From: Desulfatiglandales bacterium
GTDB taxonomy: Bacteria; Desulfobacterota; DSM-4660; Desulfatiglandales; Desulfatiglandaceae
Reading direction: 5' to 3'
Assembly: GCA_963662465.1 (NCBI GenBank)
Contig: OY759599.1
Location: 3,712,001-3,776,000 of the forward strand
Length of the DNA: 64,000 bases
The position numbers were made by a program, and so were the translations under genes. The stretch's first letter is position 1. Every line of letters starts with the position of its first letter. The notes beneath the pieces are model-generated. The model saw only the letters and a list, made by a program, of their open reading frames with translations. It searched no databases and was not told where the DNA came from. Of this stretch, positions 49,615-62,411 are shown one piece after another.

Positions 49615-50352
49615 CTACCCTTTCTTGAGAAACGGCGCCAAAAGATCGATGGGGAGAGGGAAAAAGGTAGTGGAATTCCCTTCAGACGACATTTCTCTCA
49701 TGGTTTGCAGGTACCTCAACTGAAGGGCTTCAGGGTGTTTCTGAATAATAGCCGCGGCATCCGCCAGCTTGTTGGCGGCCTGGTATTCCCCTTCCGCGTT
49801 GATAATCTTGGCCCGTCGTTCACGCTCCGCTTCCGCCTGTCTGGCCATGGCCCGCTGCATTTCCTGCGGAAGATCAATGTGTTTGACCTCCACGGTGGAC
49901 ACCTTGATGCCCCAGGGATCCGTGTGTTTATCCAGAATATTCTGAAGGCGGGTGTTGATTTTGTCCCGTTCCGCCAGGAGTTCATCCAATTCCACCTGGC
50001 CGCATACGCTTCTTAAAGTGGTTTGCGCCAGTTGGGACGTGGCGAAGAGATAGTTTTCCACTTCAACGGTGGCGTTGTTGGGATCCATGACCCGGAAGTA
50101 GATCACGGCATTGACTTTGACGGAGACATTGTCCCGGGTGATGACGTCCTGGCTCGGCACGTCCATGGCCACGAGCCTTAAACTGACCTTGACCATCTTA
50201 TCGATAACGGGAATCAGGATAATAAGGCCGGGGCCTTTGGTTTTAATCAAGCGACCGAGCCGAAAAATTACGCCGCGTTCATATTCCTTTAAAATCCTGA
50301 TGGCGGATGCCAGAAAGAATCCAATAAAGACCACTGCCACAATATAGAACAT
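49615..50352 (-). CDS. SPFH/stomatin-like (slipin) protein
   Basis: [47 protein letters not shown]. Confidence 0.93.
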   Translation of the reverse strand: MFYIVAVVFIGFFLASAIRILKEYERGVIFRLGRLIKTKGPGLIILIPVIDKMVKVSLRLVAMDVPSQDVITRDNVSVKVNAVIYFRVMDPNNATVEVENYLFATSQLAQTTLRSVCGQVELDELLAERDKINTRLQNILDKHTDPWGIKVSTVEVKHIDLPQEMQRAMARQAEAERERRAKIINAEGEYQAANKLADAAAIIQKHPEALQLRYLQTMREMSSEGNSTTFFPLPIDLLAPFLKKG

Positions 50353-50371
50353 GATTTTCCTCCTAAAAAGG

Positions 50372-51679
50372 TTAAGGGTTCCGGTTCGGGGCTTTTCTCA
50401 CCTTTAGGAGCAGACCCTCTATGCCGACCACTTCCACTCTCTCTTCAGGTTCAAATTTTTCATTGGAAAAGGCGCGCCAGTATTCGCCATGCACAAAAAT
50501 CAGCCCTTCGGGTGCGATCGCTTCCCTGACCACGCCGATTTCCCCCATGAGACCATCCACCCCTCCCATGGGCTTTCCGCGAAGGGCTCGAAAGGCAATG
50601 CCCGCCACTATGACAAAAAAACCACCCACCAAGAGAATTGTCGGCATCATGAGTTTAAGGGAAACCCGCATGTCTCTAAAGAGCATCAGGGACCCCAGGG
50701 TCAGGGAGATCAGGCCCCCGATAGATAGAATACCATAACTTGCCACTTTGACTTCGGCAATGAAAAAGATGATGGCCAGAAAAATCAGCACAACCCCCGC
50801 ATAGTTCACGGGAAGGGTTTGGAAAGAGAAGAAGGCCAGGATCAAGGATATGGCGCCGACGACCCCCGGAAAGATCGCCCCCGGATGGGACAGTTCAAAA
50901 TAGAGTCCGGCCAGGCCGATCATCATGAAAATGTAGGCAATATTGGGGTCGCTGATGATTTTGAGTATTTTGTCCCGAAGGTCCGGCTTGTAATGGACTT
51001 TTTTGAGGTTTGCGGTTTTGAGGGTGATTTTTCCGAAAGGCATGTCAATGACCCGGCCATCAAGAGATTTCAGAAGATCGTCAATGTTTTCCACCACCAG
51101 ATCCACCACTTTTTTCTCAAGGGCTTCCTCGGCGGTAATAGATACGCTTTCTCGGATGGCTTTTTCCACCCACTGGCCGTTTCTTCCCTTTTGCTCCGCG
51201 ATCCCCCGTGAGTAGGAGGCCATGTCGTTGACCACCTTTTCGTTCATGGTTCCCCCGATGTCCTTGCCGTCGGCATTCACCGGGTGTGCGGCGCCGATGT
51301 TGGTGCCTTTGGCCATGGCGGCCACATGCCCCGCCACGGTCACCATCACGCCGGCGGACGCTGCCCCGGCCCCGCGTGGTCCCACATAAACTACCACGGG
51401 CACGGGTGAGTTCAATATGGCTTTGACCATGGTTCTCATGGAGGAGGCCAGTCCGCCCGGGGTGTCCAGCCGGATGACGGCGAGAGACGCCCCCATATTA
51501 ACGGCATTTTCCAGGCCCCTGACCACATAGTTGGCGGTTCCGGGATTAATGGGGCCTTCCAGTTCTATGATAAGAATCTCCGTTGGAGCTGAATCGGCGG
51601 GTGTCGGCAAGAGAAGTAAAGGGACTGAAAAACAGAAAAATGAGAACAGGCAAAGCATTGATTTGGATAGCCTAGCCAT
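50372..51679 (-). CDS. nfeD: NfeD-family membrane serine protease
   Basis: [21 protein letters not shown]-terminal OB fold; next to the slipin gene. Confidence 0.92.
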   Translation of the reverse strand: MARLSKSMLCLFSFFCFSVPLLLLPTPADSAPTEILIIELEGPINPGTANYVVRGLENAVNMGASLAVIRLDTPGGLASSMRTMVKAILNSPVPVVVYVGPRGAGAASAGVMVTVAGHVAAMAKGTNIGAAHPVNADGKDIGGTMNEKVVNDMASYSRGIAEQKGRNGQWVEKAIRESVSITAEEALEKKVVDLVVENIDDLLKSLDGRVIDMPFGKITLKTANLKKVHYKPDLRDKILKIISDPNIAYIFMMIGLAGLYFELSHPGAIFPGVVGAISLILAFFSFQTLPVNYAGVVLIFLAIIFFIAEVKVASYGILSIGGLISLTLGSLMLFRDMRVSLKLMMPTILLVGGFFVIVAGIAFRALRGKPMGGVDGLMGEIGVVREAIAPEGLIFVHGEYWRAFSNEKFEPEERVEVVGIEGLLLKVRKAPNRNP

Positions 51680-52451
51680 TGCGACTTACCTCCAGCCCCA
51701 GTTTTTGCATGATCTTTTGAACATCTTCCCAGACCGGGCGTTTTGCCGAGGCGTTTCTCAGCAGATAGGCTGGATGAAAAGTGGGCATGAGGGGAATGCC
51801 TTCGTAGGTCTGCCATTTCCCCCTTCCCTTGGTGATTTTAAAATCGGTTCCAAAAAGGGCCTGACAGGCCACCCGGCCCAGGCAGCAGATGACCCGGGGC
51901 TTTATGATATCGAGCTGGCTTTTCAGGAAGGGGAGGCATATTTTGATTTCATCGGGATTCGGGTCTCGATTGCCGGGAGGGCGACACTTGACCACGTTGC
52001 AAATATAAACCGCATCCCGGGTAAGCCCCATGCCATTCTCGATAATTCGGGTCAGCAGTTTCCCTGATTTCCCCACAAATGGTCTTCCCTCGCGATCTTC
52101 ATCGAACCCCGGTCCTTCGCCGACAAAGACAAGTTTTGCGTTGGGATCGCCTTCTCCGAAAACCAGGTGGTTCCGATCCTTGTGGAGATCGCATCGTCGG
52201 CAGTCGCCTATATGGGTTCTGAGGGTTTCCAATGATTCGAAACGAGGCGGAAACAGCTTCTTTTCAGGGACTTCCAGGGGTGCTTCTCTTTTGGGCTTTG
52301 GATGTGCCGAGGGTGGGGAGGGGCTTTCCCTGTCGGGGAAGTCAAGGGCGTTCTTTGGCAGCATGGGCGGTTCCAGCCCCATTTCCTGGTAGGCCGTCAT
52401 CAACTGCCTTGTTTGAAAAAAGATCTCTTTAAGTTCCTTTAAATCGTTCAA
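51672..52451 (-). CDS. Uracil-DNA glycosylase, family 4
   Basis: C..C.L, VGEGPG..ED..GRPFVG, NVVKCRPPGNR.P, TFHPAYLLR. Confidence 0.93.
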   Translation of the reverse strand: MNDLKELKEIFFQTRQLMTAYQEMGLEPPMLPKNALDFPDRESPSPPSAHPKPKREAPLEVPEKKLFPPRFESLETLRTHIGDCRRCDLHKDRNHLVFGEGDPNAKLVFVGEGPGFDEDREGRPFVGKSGKLLTRIIENGMGLTRDAVYICNVVKCRPPGNRDPNPDEIKICLPFLKSQLDIIKPRVICCLGRVACQALFGTDFKITKGRGKWQTYEGIPLMPTFHPAYLLRNASAKRPVWEDVQKIMQKLGLEVSRNG

Positions 52452-52473
52452 GACCGTTCATCCTTTTTCTCTT

Positions 52474-52537
52474 AGTGAAAAGTGAAAAGTAGGCCGCCAT
52501 TCACTCTTCACTCTTCACTCTTCATTCTTCACTCTTC
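52474..52537. repeat. Heptamer tandem repeats (AGTGAAA / TTCACTC) in inverted arrangement
   Basis: Seen directly; similar heptamer runs at ~12456-12478, ~47263-47295 and ~48965-48996. Confidence 0.6.
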
Positions 52538-53718
52538 AGCGCCTTGGCCCGGTCCAGAATCAAATACGCCACCTCTATTTTTCCCATGAGCGGGGAATCT
52601 TCCACCCGACCGTCGGCGTAGATGATTTTGACCGCATTGGTGTCGGTTTGAAACCCTGCGTCCTTCCTGGAGACATCGTTTGCCACAATCATATCCAGGT
52701 TTTTGGCCGTTATCTTTTTTTGCGCGTTTTTTAGGAGATCCTCCGTTTCCGCCGCAAAACCCACCAGTATGCAGGGATGGTCCTTTTTGGTTTCTCCCAG
52801 AAGCGCCAGGATGTCCGGATTTTTAACCAGTTCCAGGGAAAGGGCATTCGCCCCCTTTTTGATCTTCTGTTCCGCTTTGTCCCTGGGCCGGTAATCCGAC
52901 ACGGCGGCGGCCTTGATGATGATGTGGCAACCCTTTCGATGGTCAAAAACAGCTTGCTGCATATCGTAAGCGGTGTTGACGGGACAAAAAATGATCCCGG
53001 GCGGCGGTTTCAGGGCTGTGGGGCCGCTCACGAGAACCACTTCGGCGCCCCTTCTAACGGCGGCTCGGGCCAGGGCGTAGCCCATTTTTCCCGACGATCG
53101 GTTGGTGATGTATCGCACCGGGTCGATAAATTCCGTGGTGGGACCGGCCGTTACCAGAATTTTGAAACCCTTGAGGTCTTGTTGCGAGAGCAGAATCAGG
53201 GCCTGTTCCAGGATATCGGCGGGGTCTGGTAACCGCCCGGGTCCGTTGCTGCCGCAGGCCAGTTCGCCGCTGCCGGGGGGCATAATGAAAAAGCCCCGTT
53301 TTTGGAGTAGGTTCAGGTTATCCTGGACCGCCGGGTTCATAAACATGCGATCGTTCATGGCAGGGCAGATCAGGATTTTTGCGGTTGCGGCCAGCATGCA
53401 GGTGGACAGAAAATCATCGCCGATGCCGTGGGCGATTTTTCCGATGATGTTGGCAGTGGCAGGCGCGATGATGACAAGATCCGAATCCTGGCCGCATCGA
53501 ATATGGTCCATGGCCATGTCTTCCCGATCAAACATGCCGGCGATCACCTTGTTCCCGGAAAGGGTCTCAAAGGTGAGCGGCGTCACAAACCAGGCGGCGC
53601 TCTGTGTCATGGCCACTTCCACCTGAAGATCCGCTTTGATGAGGAGCCGTACCAGCTCCGCTGCTTTATAGGCGGCGATGCCGCCGGTAACCCCTACCAG
53701 AACTTTTTTTCCTTTCAC
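52522..53718 (-). CDS. coaBC: Phosphopantothenoylcysteine decarboxylase/ligase
   Basis: GVTGGIAAYK, APATAN, PAMN, LACG..G.GRL, TAGPT.E.IDPVRYITNRSSGKMG, VGFAAET. Confidence 0.97.
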   Translation of the reverse strand: MKGKKVLVGVTGGIAAYKAAELVRLLIKADLQVEVAMTQSAAWFVTPLTFETLSGNKVIAGMFDREDMAMDHIRCGQDSDLVIIAPATANIIGKIAHGIGDDFLSTCMLAATAKILICPAMNDRMFMNPAVQDNLNLLQKRGFFIMPPGSGELACGSNGPGRLPDPADILEQALILLSQQDLKGFKILVTAGPTTEFIDPVRYITNRSSGKMGYALARAAVRRGAEVVLVSGPTALKPPPGIIFCPVNTAYDMQQAVFDHRKGCHIIIKAAAVSDYRPRDKAEQKIKKGANALSLELVKNPDILALLGETKKDHPCILVGFAAETEDLLKNAQKKITAKNLDMIVANDVSRKDAGFQTDTNAVKIIYADGRVEDSPLMGKIEVAYLILDRAKALKSEE

Positions 53719-53792
53719 GGTTCTCCTTCATTTCAACTCTTGTCAGCTTGATCCAGATATGACTTCAGTGATTTTAAAAAAATAACGGCGTC

Positions 53793-53821
53793 AGTTTAGA
53801 AGACTGAGAACTCAGTGTCAA
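53793..53821 (-). promoter_or_regulatory. Putative sigma70 promoter of the coaBC operon
   Basis: TTGACA-17 nt-TAAACT on the minus strand. Confidence 0.55.
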
Positions 53822-53928
53822 GATGCAGAACATGCCCTGTCGCAATCCAACAAAAAATTTTGCCCTTGAGGGTTCTAAAGCGAGCCACTATGATGTCATG
53901 AAATTGTTTTTTAAAGTGAGGTGTTTCA

Positions 53929-54834
53929 ATGGAAAAGATTGATTTTGATCTGAAGCAATATGAAGCCGATTTCGAAGCGCTTCAACAGTATGAACATCAT
54001 GCGGTTGAAGACCTGAAACGGGTGGCAGGCCTGGCAGCCTGGCTCCCCACCAATTATGAGAGATACTATTTGTCCCGGCTTCGCCTTTCAGGCATCAAGG
54101 ACAAAAACCGGATTGTACTGCAGAATGTGGCGGATCTGCACATGCACACCCAGTGGTCTGACGGCGACGATCTCGACAGGGTGCTGGATCGAGCCCTGGA
54201 AGTGGGACTGGATGCCATCGCCATCACCGATCATGATGAAATCGAGGGGGCCTTTGAGGCCCGGCGGCGGGTCCATGAGCGGCGTTTGCCCCTGGCGGTG
54301 GTTCCGGGAACCGAAGTCTCCTCCCTTGATGGGCACATCGGCGCACTTTTCGTGATGAAGAAGATTCCAAGGGATCTCAGCGCCGCCGAAACCGTGGATC
54401 TCATTCATGAGGCAGGCGGCATTGCCGTGGCCCACCATCCCTACTCGCCCAAATGGTTGAACACGCTGCTCCGAGTGCAGCTGGGGTGCGGAGATTTGAT
54501 TAAAAGCGTCCCCTTTGACGCCATCGAGTGTACCAATGCGGTGCCGGGATCCGGGGTCAAATATAATATTGCCGCCATTGACGCCATGCGAAAACAGCAC
54601 ATCAGCGTGGCTGTTACCGGGGGAAGCGATGCTCATTTTGCCGGGTTTGTGGGTAAGGGGAAAACCTACTACGGCGGCAATGAGGGGATCTTATCCCTGT
54701 ATTACTCACTCACCCTGGGGTTTACCCGAGGGGCCGAGGGATATTGGCGGACCCGGGAAAAAGGCTATTATTACCTCCGGCTGATCAGGGCCATGATTCG
54801 CAATGCCTATCGAAAAACCGGCTCGGTAAATTAG
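53929..54834 (+). CDS. PHP-domain phosphoesterase
   Basis: DLHMHT..SDG, AITDHD, GHIGAL, HHP, GGSDAH. Confidence 0.85.
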   Translation: MEKIDFDLKQYEADFEALQQYEHHAVEDLKRVAGLAAWLPTNYERYYLSRLRLSGIKDKNRIVLQNVADLHMHTQWSDGDDLDRVLDRALEVGLDAIAITDHDEIEGAFEARRRVHERRLPLAVVPGTEVSSLDGHIGALFVMKKIPRDLSAAETVDLIHEAGGIAVAHHPYSPKWLNTLLRVQLGCGDLIKSVPFDAIECTNAVPGSGVKYNIAAIDAMRKQHISVAVTGGSDAHFAGFVGKGKTYYGGNEGILSLYYSLTLGFTRGAEGYWRTREKGYYYLRLIRAMIRNAYRKTGSVN

Positions 54835-54995
54835 CGTCTGAACGAAAACCTCGTTTCGTCCAAAGGCCAAGCTGGAGCCGCCATCCGCAACATTAGAAAA
54901 AATATGAAGACTGCATTGCAGTTGATTTCCGCGCCGGCGGTAGATATTTCCTGCTATCTCGGCAAGACCCGTTGCAACTCAAAATTGTTTTGCTT

Positions 54996-56457
54996 TCAAT
55001 GTTTAATCTCTTGATGCGCATTGTATTTTTTTATCCGGTGCCTGAGGGTATTCCGGCTGATACCCAGCATCGCAGCGGCCTTGACCTGATTGTTTCCGCA
55101 CTCTTCAAGAACTCTGGAGATAATGGTTTTTTCAACGGTTTCAATAATATTGGCATAAATGCCCTGATGTTGAAGTTGCATTATGTCCGGCAGAATGGAT
55201 TGCACTTTTTCTTTCAGCCGGTTCATCACCTGTTCATGGCTTACAGACTGAGCATTCTTCTCATCATGTTCTTCCAGCACTTCAACATGTTCTTCCGTGA
55301 TCAGGTCCCCGGCACAGAGAATGACTGCTCGACGGATACAGTTTTCCATTTCCCGAACATTTCCAGGCCAGGAATAGGCGCTAAGTTTTTTTAAAACGCC
55401 TTCAGAGACATGCCGGATGGGTTTGTTGTATTCCAGCCCGAATCGGGCGATGAAATAGTCTGTTAATTCCTTGAGGTCTCCCTCTCTTTTTCTCAGGGGC
55501 GGAAGATCAATGGTGATGACCTTCAACCGCCAGTAAAGGTCTTCTCTGAAATGACCTTTCCGGATGGCCAAAGGAAGATCTTTGTTGGTTGCGGCAATAA
55601 TTCGGGCATCCACTTTTATGGTTTTTCTGCCGCCGAGTCTTTCGAATTCGCCTTCCTGCAGAACACGGAGCAATTTTGCCTGCATGGCCATCGACATGTC
55701 CCCGATTTCATCCAGAAAAAGCGTGCCGCCATTGCATCGCTCAATTTTACCGATTTTTGTCATATGGGCATTGGTAAAGGCGCCGGGCTCATAGCCGAAC
55801 AGTTCGCTTTCAAAAAGCTGTTCCGGTATAGCGGCACAATTAACAGCAAGAAAAAGGCCTTGCTTTCTTCGGCTGTGATGATAAATGGCTTTTGCCGCCA
55901 GTTCCTTGCCGGTGCCGCTTTCGCCGCAAAGTAAAACCGCTACATCCTTTTCAGCAATCTGGCCGATGGTTTTATAAACATCTTGCATGGGTTTACTGCG
56001 GCCGATCATTGTCAAGGTCCCTTTTTTGGGGGGGGGCTGCCATGGGCGATAGCGAATTCTCAAGACAAACGACTTCCTTCATCCGGCGGTTTAATTCCAA
56101 GGCTTCGCTGACAATGCGGCTGAGTTCCTTTCTTTCAAAAGGCTTGTTCAGATATTCATAGGCGCCTCGCTTCATGGCTTCGATGGCGGTATCGGTATCG
56201 CCATAGGCGGTCATGATAATAATCGGAGTCTTTACCTGTGCTTTCTTAATTTTTTCCAAGGTCTCCAGTCCATTGAGCCCCGGCATTTTATAATCGAGCA
56301 TAATTAGATCAAAGCCGTCATTAGCAATGATTCGGATAGCGTCTTTACCGTTAAGACAGCTGGTAACCTCGTACCCTTTCCTGTTAAAAAAGCGGCTTAG
56401 AAAATGGGTCAATCCTTCGTCGTCGTCAATAAGTAATATCTTTTCAATAAGCATCAT
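54996..56457 (-). CDS. NtrC-family sigma54 response regulator, split by a 1-nt frameshift in C9 (56028-56036)
   Basis: REC domain (LIDDD, LDYKMP, AMKRGA...KP) at 55993-56457; AAA+ (GESGTGKE, GAFTNA, WPGNVRE) and HTH at 54996-56063. Confidence 0.85.
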
Positions 56458-56458
56458 T

Positions 56459-58288
56459 TTATTCCGGTTTGACCGGGAGAAAAAGCGAGACCACAGCGCC
56501 GCAGTTTTCCCGGTTTTTTACACGGATTTCTCCATGGTGTCTTTTGACCGTGTTTAAAACCATTGGCAGCCCAAGACCCGTGCCTGAAGATTTTGTTGTA
56601 AAAAACGGCTCAAAAATAGAATTAATGTCTTCCTGCAAAATTCCAGGACCCGAATCGGAAATATCGATCCGGATACAAGCGACCTTATTTTTTCCGGAAC
56701 CCAATGCACCCATTCGGGCAGTCACTTGAATCCCGCCTTTCTTCGGCATGGCTTCCAAAGAATTGATAAAAAGATTGATGATTGCCTCTTCCAGTAATTT
56801 TTTATCTGCATCCATCGGCGGCAAATCCGCATCTACACGGACTTTGATTTCACATTCCTGTTTGTTGGCCAAGGGTCGTATCAAAGACACGATACCGGCA
56901 ATCAGGTGGTCAATATAAAGTTGAGAAAAATCCAGTTCCTTTGGTTTTGTATACTCCAGCAATCGGTTGATCGCTCTTTCAATCCTTGAAATTTGATCCA
57001 TTGCCACCATAAAATCCTCTACATATTCCCGTGAAATTTCAATTTCATCCTGGATGGATTCCAGAAACAGTTTAAGCGAGGTTATCGGCGTCCTTATCTC
57101 ATGAGCTACCGCCGCTCCCAGGCGACCTATTGTAGCAAATTTTTCCGAACGTTCAGCAATGAGTTTGAACTGGCTTAATGTATGATCAACTTCTTTGAGT
57201 TCAGCCGCCTTTAAATTGAATTTTTCTTCCAGGAAGTCGTGCCGCTGTTGAATCTTTTGGGCCATGTCCACAAAAGCTCTGCACAGGACGCCGATTTCGT
57301 CCCGGCGGCTGGTCTGGATCATTTCCGAATTAAAATTGGCCATGGCAAGCGTACGGGCCGATCTGCTGAGATTGCGCACCGGCCTTACAATATGATAAGA
57401 AATCACCCAGACCAGAATCAATGCGCTGCCGATGGACAGAAAGATTGTGAAATAAACATGATCTTTCAGGATGTTCATGCTTCCAAAGGCTTCCTCACGG
57501 TCCTGCTCCACCACAAGATACCAATCCGTATCCCCGACTTTCCTGGAGGCGCCCAGAACTTCAACATTTCGATAGTCTAGATAAATTTTTTCCCTGTCCC
57601 TGCCGCCGAAAATATTTTTGAAGCTTTCAGACTGGGAGATGTTTTCCGTCAATATGCGCCGGGGTTCTTTGTGGGCAAGAAAGGTTCCGTTATTGTCTAC
57701 CAGATAACATTCACCGGTTTGCCCCAACGAAACCTGCAAAATGATCGTGATAATTTTATGGGTGCCCACAGTGCCTATAACTCTTCCCACAAGGGCGCCG
57801 TTGTTGAAAATTGGGACGGCAATCCGGAAGGTGGATTCTCTTTGCCTGGGTAAATAGGTGATGGAAGAAATGATCAGGGGGTCGCCGGCGCCTGAGACCG
57901 GAGGGCAATGCGCCACGGATGAAACCGGGGACTGGGTGCTGAAGATTATTTTATTTTCAGCGGAAACAACGGTGAGCGTGTCGTACACTTCATAATGGGT
58001 TTGAACCAGTTCAAGATAGGGCTTAATCACCGACGGATCCATGGATTGAACCAGTGATGTTCCCGCAACCACCTGTAGGTCTTTTTTGCGTTCTTCCAGC
58101 CATCGGTCCAGGATGATGACTTTGTCGGCCGCAACATTTTCAAGCTGGCGCATTACCAGGTTACCGACGAGCGATTCCGTGGTCATGATCGAAAAAATGC
58201 CTATGGTGGCCAGAGGAGCAAGGACGAGAATTAGAAACAGAATAACCAATTTGGCCCTAAGGGTAAACAGGGTTTCTAAAAAACTCAA
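56459..58288 (-). CDS. Sensor histidine kinase (Cache-HAMP-HisKA-HATPase)
   Basis: Two TMs, DEIG.L, AHEIRTP, N..N..EA, D.GPG, FEPFFTTK..GTGLGL. Confidence 0.92.
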   Translation of the reverse strand: MSFLETLFTLRAKLVILFLILVLAPLATIGIFSIMTTESLVGNLVMRQLENVAADKVIILDRWLEERKKDLQVVAGTSLVQSMDPSVIKPYLELVQTHYEVYDTLTVVSAENKIIFSTQSPVSSVAHCPPVSGAGDPLIISSITYLPRQRESTFRIAVPIFNNGALVGRVIGTVGTHKIITIILQVSLGQTGECYLVDNNGTFLAHKEPRRILTENISQSESFKNIFGGRDREKIYLDYRNVEVLGASRKVGDTDWYLVVEQDREEAFGSMNILKDHVYFTIFLSIGSALILVWVISYHIVRPVRNLSRSARTLAMANFNSEMIQTSRRDEIGVLCRAFVDMAQKIQQRHDFLEEKFNLKAAELKEVDHTLSQFKLIAERSEKFATIGRLGAAVAHEIRTPITSLKLFLESIQDEIEISREYVEDFMVAMDQISRIERAINRLLEYTKPKELDFSQLYIDHLIAGIVSLIRPLANKQECEIKVRVDADLPPMDADKKLLEEAIINLFINSLEAMPKKGGIQVTARMGALGSGKNKVACIRIDISDSGPGILQEDINSIFEPFFTTKSSGTGLGLPMVLNTVKRHHGEIRVKNRENCGAVVSLFLPVKPE

Positions 58289-58336
58289 AATAATAACACC
58301 TTCCTTTTTATCCTTTGCTCGTTTGCCGGTGATGAA

Positions 58337-60925
58337 TTACCGTCTGTAACATACCAGCTCCTGGGTTACCACATCAGATTGAACAATTAATTCACGATTT
58401 TTCAGATCAAAGACTTTCACCATCGGGGCAAACCGCTCTTCCATGGGAGAAATCCGGTCAAGGGTATTGGGCAGGGATGAAAGCCATTCCGGATGGAATG
58501 CCTCATCGGTGTTTTCCGGATAGACCGCTGCATAGAAAATTCCCGTTTCCGTAAGATCATGAAAAAAATGAGTGCCAAAGGATAGATCCGGCACCATACT
58601 GCCTGCCTGGTAGCTGATTTCCGCAAGGGCTGTCATGCGATTGATTTCCGAGAAGGTCACGGGGACCCCCATGGCCGGGGTTTGCGTCCCCCACCTTCCC
58701 GGTCCCATGAGCATTGTGGGATTGTTCCTGGGGTCCGCAATTTTCTTATTGAGTTTGCCGATCAGTCGAGCCACGCTGTATTTCTCCGACAGAGAAGCTG
58801 TTGCATAATTTTGCGGGTCCACCCAGATAATGCAGGCAATGGGCAAAGAGACATTTCCTCCCATGAAATGGCCCTTGGCTCGAATAAATATTTTTTCAGG
58901 GTTTATGGTTTCAGGGACGTCGATGTGGAGAGTGTTTCGGATGATTTTAAACGGCCGGCATTGCAGAAGATTGATCTGAATTTCATCCGCGGGGTTGTGG
59001 TTGACTGTAAATTCAATCTCTACGGGTACTCCGTAGGCATTCTCAATGGTTTTGAGCATCCGGCTCATGATGGGAACAAAGGGAGTGTTTGTCAAAAAAT
59101 CATCAAAGGTCAGAATCCATCGATCTTCCTGAAGCATACCTGTTTTGGCGCCATAGCTTGCGGCTTGACTGTCCTTGATTGCATAGGCTGCCAGACGAAT
59201 ATCGGATTTTTTCCCGACAAGTTCCCACAGAGACAGGGTTTCAAGCGTATTGGCGGTCAGGTCCAGATAGTCTACATAATGCTGTGAATATTTTTTAATA
59301 TCCTGAATGCCGGCCAGAGGTTTTGTCGTAGGGTCATCCATTGCCACAATGCGTGGATAATCATATTCAACCCGGTTAACAGCCCGGGTCCCGAGTCCCA
59401 AGACCAACCGCAGCATGCCGGCGTCAGCATTCATGCTTTTTTTCCAGACATAGGGATTGTGGGAAAGGCCCACTCCGGCAAGTTCCGGAAAAAAACAGTC
59501 CTGATGTTCCGCACCCGAAACCCTCTGAACCATGATGGCCATCTGTTCGTCCATCTGGTCGAGACCGCGTTGGAGGCGATAGGCCAGGGCATCCTCATTC
59601 ATGGTTCCGGCAAAGATGCGCTTGATTGATTCTTCGAAAATCTCATACCGTTTTTCCGGAGATGTCTGGTTGACGCAAAAAAAACTGTCATACCGGCCCG
59701 CAAAAGCGCTGCCGAAGGAATCCTCCAGAAGACTGCTGGATCGGACAATGATGGGCGACTGGCCAAAGTATTCGAGCATGAGTCGAAAACGTTCCCGGAT
59801 TTGTTCAGGAAAGGTCCCCCCAAGGATTTTATCTTTCAGTTCCGAAGCTTTAGAAAAATAGCCTTCCTGGGTTTTCTGCGCCATAAATATCTTCCACCAG
59901 CCGTTTTGAACAATATAAGAATAAAATACATCCGAGCCTATATAAAATGAGTCATGGCGCTCTAAAATGGATTCCCAGCCGAAAGTCCCGTCTTTGAGGA
60001 GCATTTGTCGCGACAGAAGCATCCCGAGGGCTTTACCGCCTATAAAACCTGTTCCGATCAATCGTTCTTTTATGTAAAGCAGATCCTCTAACGTCAGGAA
60101 CCGTCTAATCAATAAAAGAAGCTGTTTATTGCGGCTGAGCAGGAGACGGCTGAGCTGCTCTACCTTATCCTCTTTTTCCCCGGGATCGGCCGGGCTTTCC
60201 AGAAGATTTTGCGCCTCAATGAAAAGATGGTCCCAGTAATCGAGTATTCTTTGAGAATTTGTGGTTTTTTCGCGCAAAAGGCCGGCGAACAGCCGGGTGG
60301 CCTCCATACTGTTTATCAACGGCGCCAGGATATTTTTTTCCTTGATGTGGGGAAAGTACATGGTGGCGGAATACCGATCCTTGATTTTTATGGGATGCAC
60401 GCACAGTTTGCGCTTATAACTGTAGACATCAATGAGTACCTGTGTGGTTTCCCGAATGCTTGCAATAGCCTTGAAGGAATGACGGTTTCGTAAAATTGCA
60501 AAATAGGCAATGGCATTGAGTTCAAACAGGTAGGGGCAGGTGACAAAAAAGAAATTGATGATCATCAAATCAGTGGCCCATTCATGGAGCAGATCGGAAA
60601 GGGAGTCAAATACATAAAAAATATTTTCGCCTTCCCGGGTGATAATGCTGTGTACCTGTGCGGTAAAGGATTCAAAGCCGCTGGTGACATCCAAGTCGTA
60701 TCTTCGGATATTGCGTCGTGATACCAGCAAAGGCGAGTGACGGGCAAACCTTATGTAAATCACCTTCTCATTGCCGGCTGCCGCGTTATTTACAAAATAT
60801 GAGACCAGCTTGCGATAGGCGTCCAGGTCGTCCACCTGCCAGACCACGTTGTCTCCCCAGCGCAGATGGTCGATGATATTGTCCAGGCTCTCCCAGCCCG
60901 TGCTCACATGTGAGTAGTATGCCAT
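58337..60925 (-). CDS. PEP/pyruvate-binding (PPDK_N ATP-grasp) domain protein with KaiC/RecA-like N-terminus
   Basis: IGGKA.G, VRSSSLLED.....FAG.Y, MA.MVQ, LQCRP; N-terminal STG...LD...GD. Confidence 0.8.
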   Translation of the reverse strand: MAYYSHVSTGWESLDNIIDHLRWGDNVVWQVDDLDAYRKLVSYFVNNAAAGNEKVIYIRFARHSPLLVSRRNIRRYDLDVTSGFESFTAQVHSIITREGENIFYVFDSLSDLLHEWATDLMIINFFFVTCPYLFELNAIAYFAILRNRHSFKAIASIRETTQVLIDVYSYKRKLCVHPIKIKDRYSATMYFPHIKEKNILAPLINSMEATRLFAGLLREKTTNSQRILDYWDHLFIEAQNLLESPADPGEKEDKVEQLSRLLLSRNKQLLLLIRRFLTLEDLLYIKERLIGTGFIGGKALGMLLSRQMLLKDGTFGWESILERHDSFYIGSDVFYSYIVQNGWWKIFMAQKTQEGYFSKASELKDKILGGTFPEQIRERFRLMLEYFGQSPIIVRSSSLLEDSFGSAFAGRYDSFFCVNQTSPEKRYEIFEESIKRIFAGTMNEDALAYRLQRGLDQMDEQMAIMVQRVSGAEHQDCFFPELAGVGLSHNPYVWKKSMNADAGMLRLVLGLGTRAVNRVEYDYPRIVAMDDPTTKPLAGIQDIKKYSQHYVDYLDLTANTLETLSLWELVGKKSDIRLAAYAIKDSQAASYGAKTGMLQEDRWILTFDDFLTNTPFVPIMSRMLKTIENAYGVPVEIEFTVNHNPADEIQINLLQCRPFKIIRNTLHIDVPETINPEKIFIRAKGHFMGGNVSLPIACIIWVDPQNYATASLSEKYSVARLIGKLNKKIADPRNNPTMLMGPGRWGTQTPAMGVPVTFSEINRMTALAEISYQAGSMVPDLSFGTHFFHDLTETGIFYAAVYPENTDEAFHPEWLSSLPNTLDRISPMEERFAPMVKVFDLKNRELIVQSDVVTQELVCYRR

Positions 60926-61036
60926 TTATATTTTTTCCCGTAGGCTTGCCGGCCCGTATATAAAAAGAATGACTCGAAGACCTGCTGACTGCCTTGCGAA
61001 TCATTCTTTTCCCGGTTCAAATAGAGGATGTACCCT

Positions 61037-62404
<1,368 letters not shown>

Positions 62405-62411
62405 TTATTTG

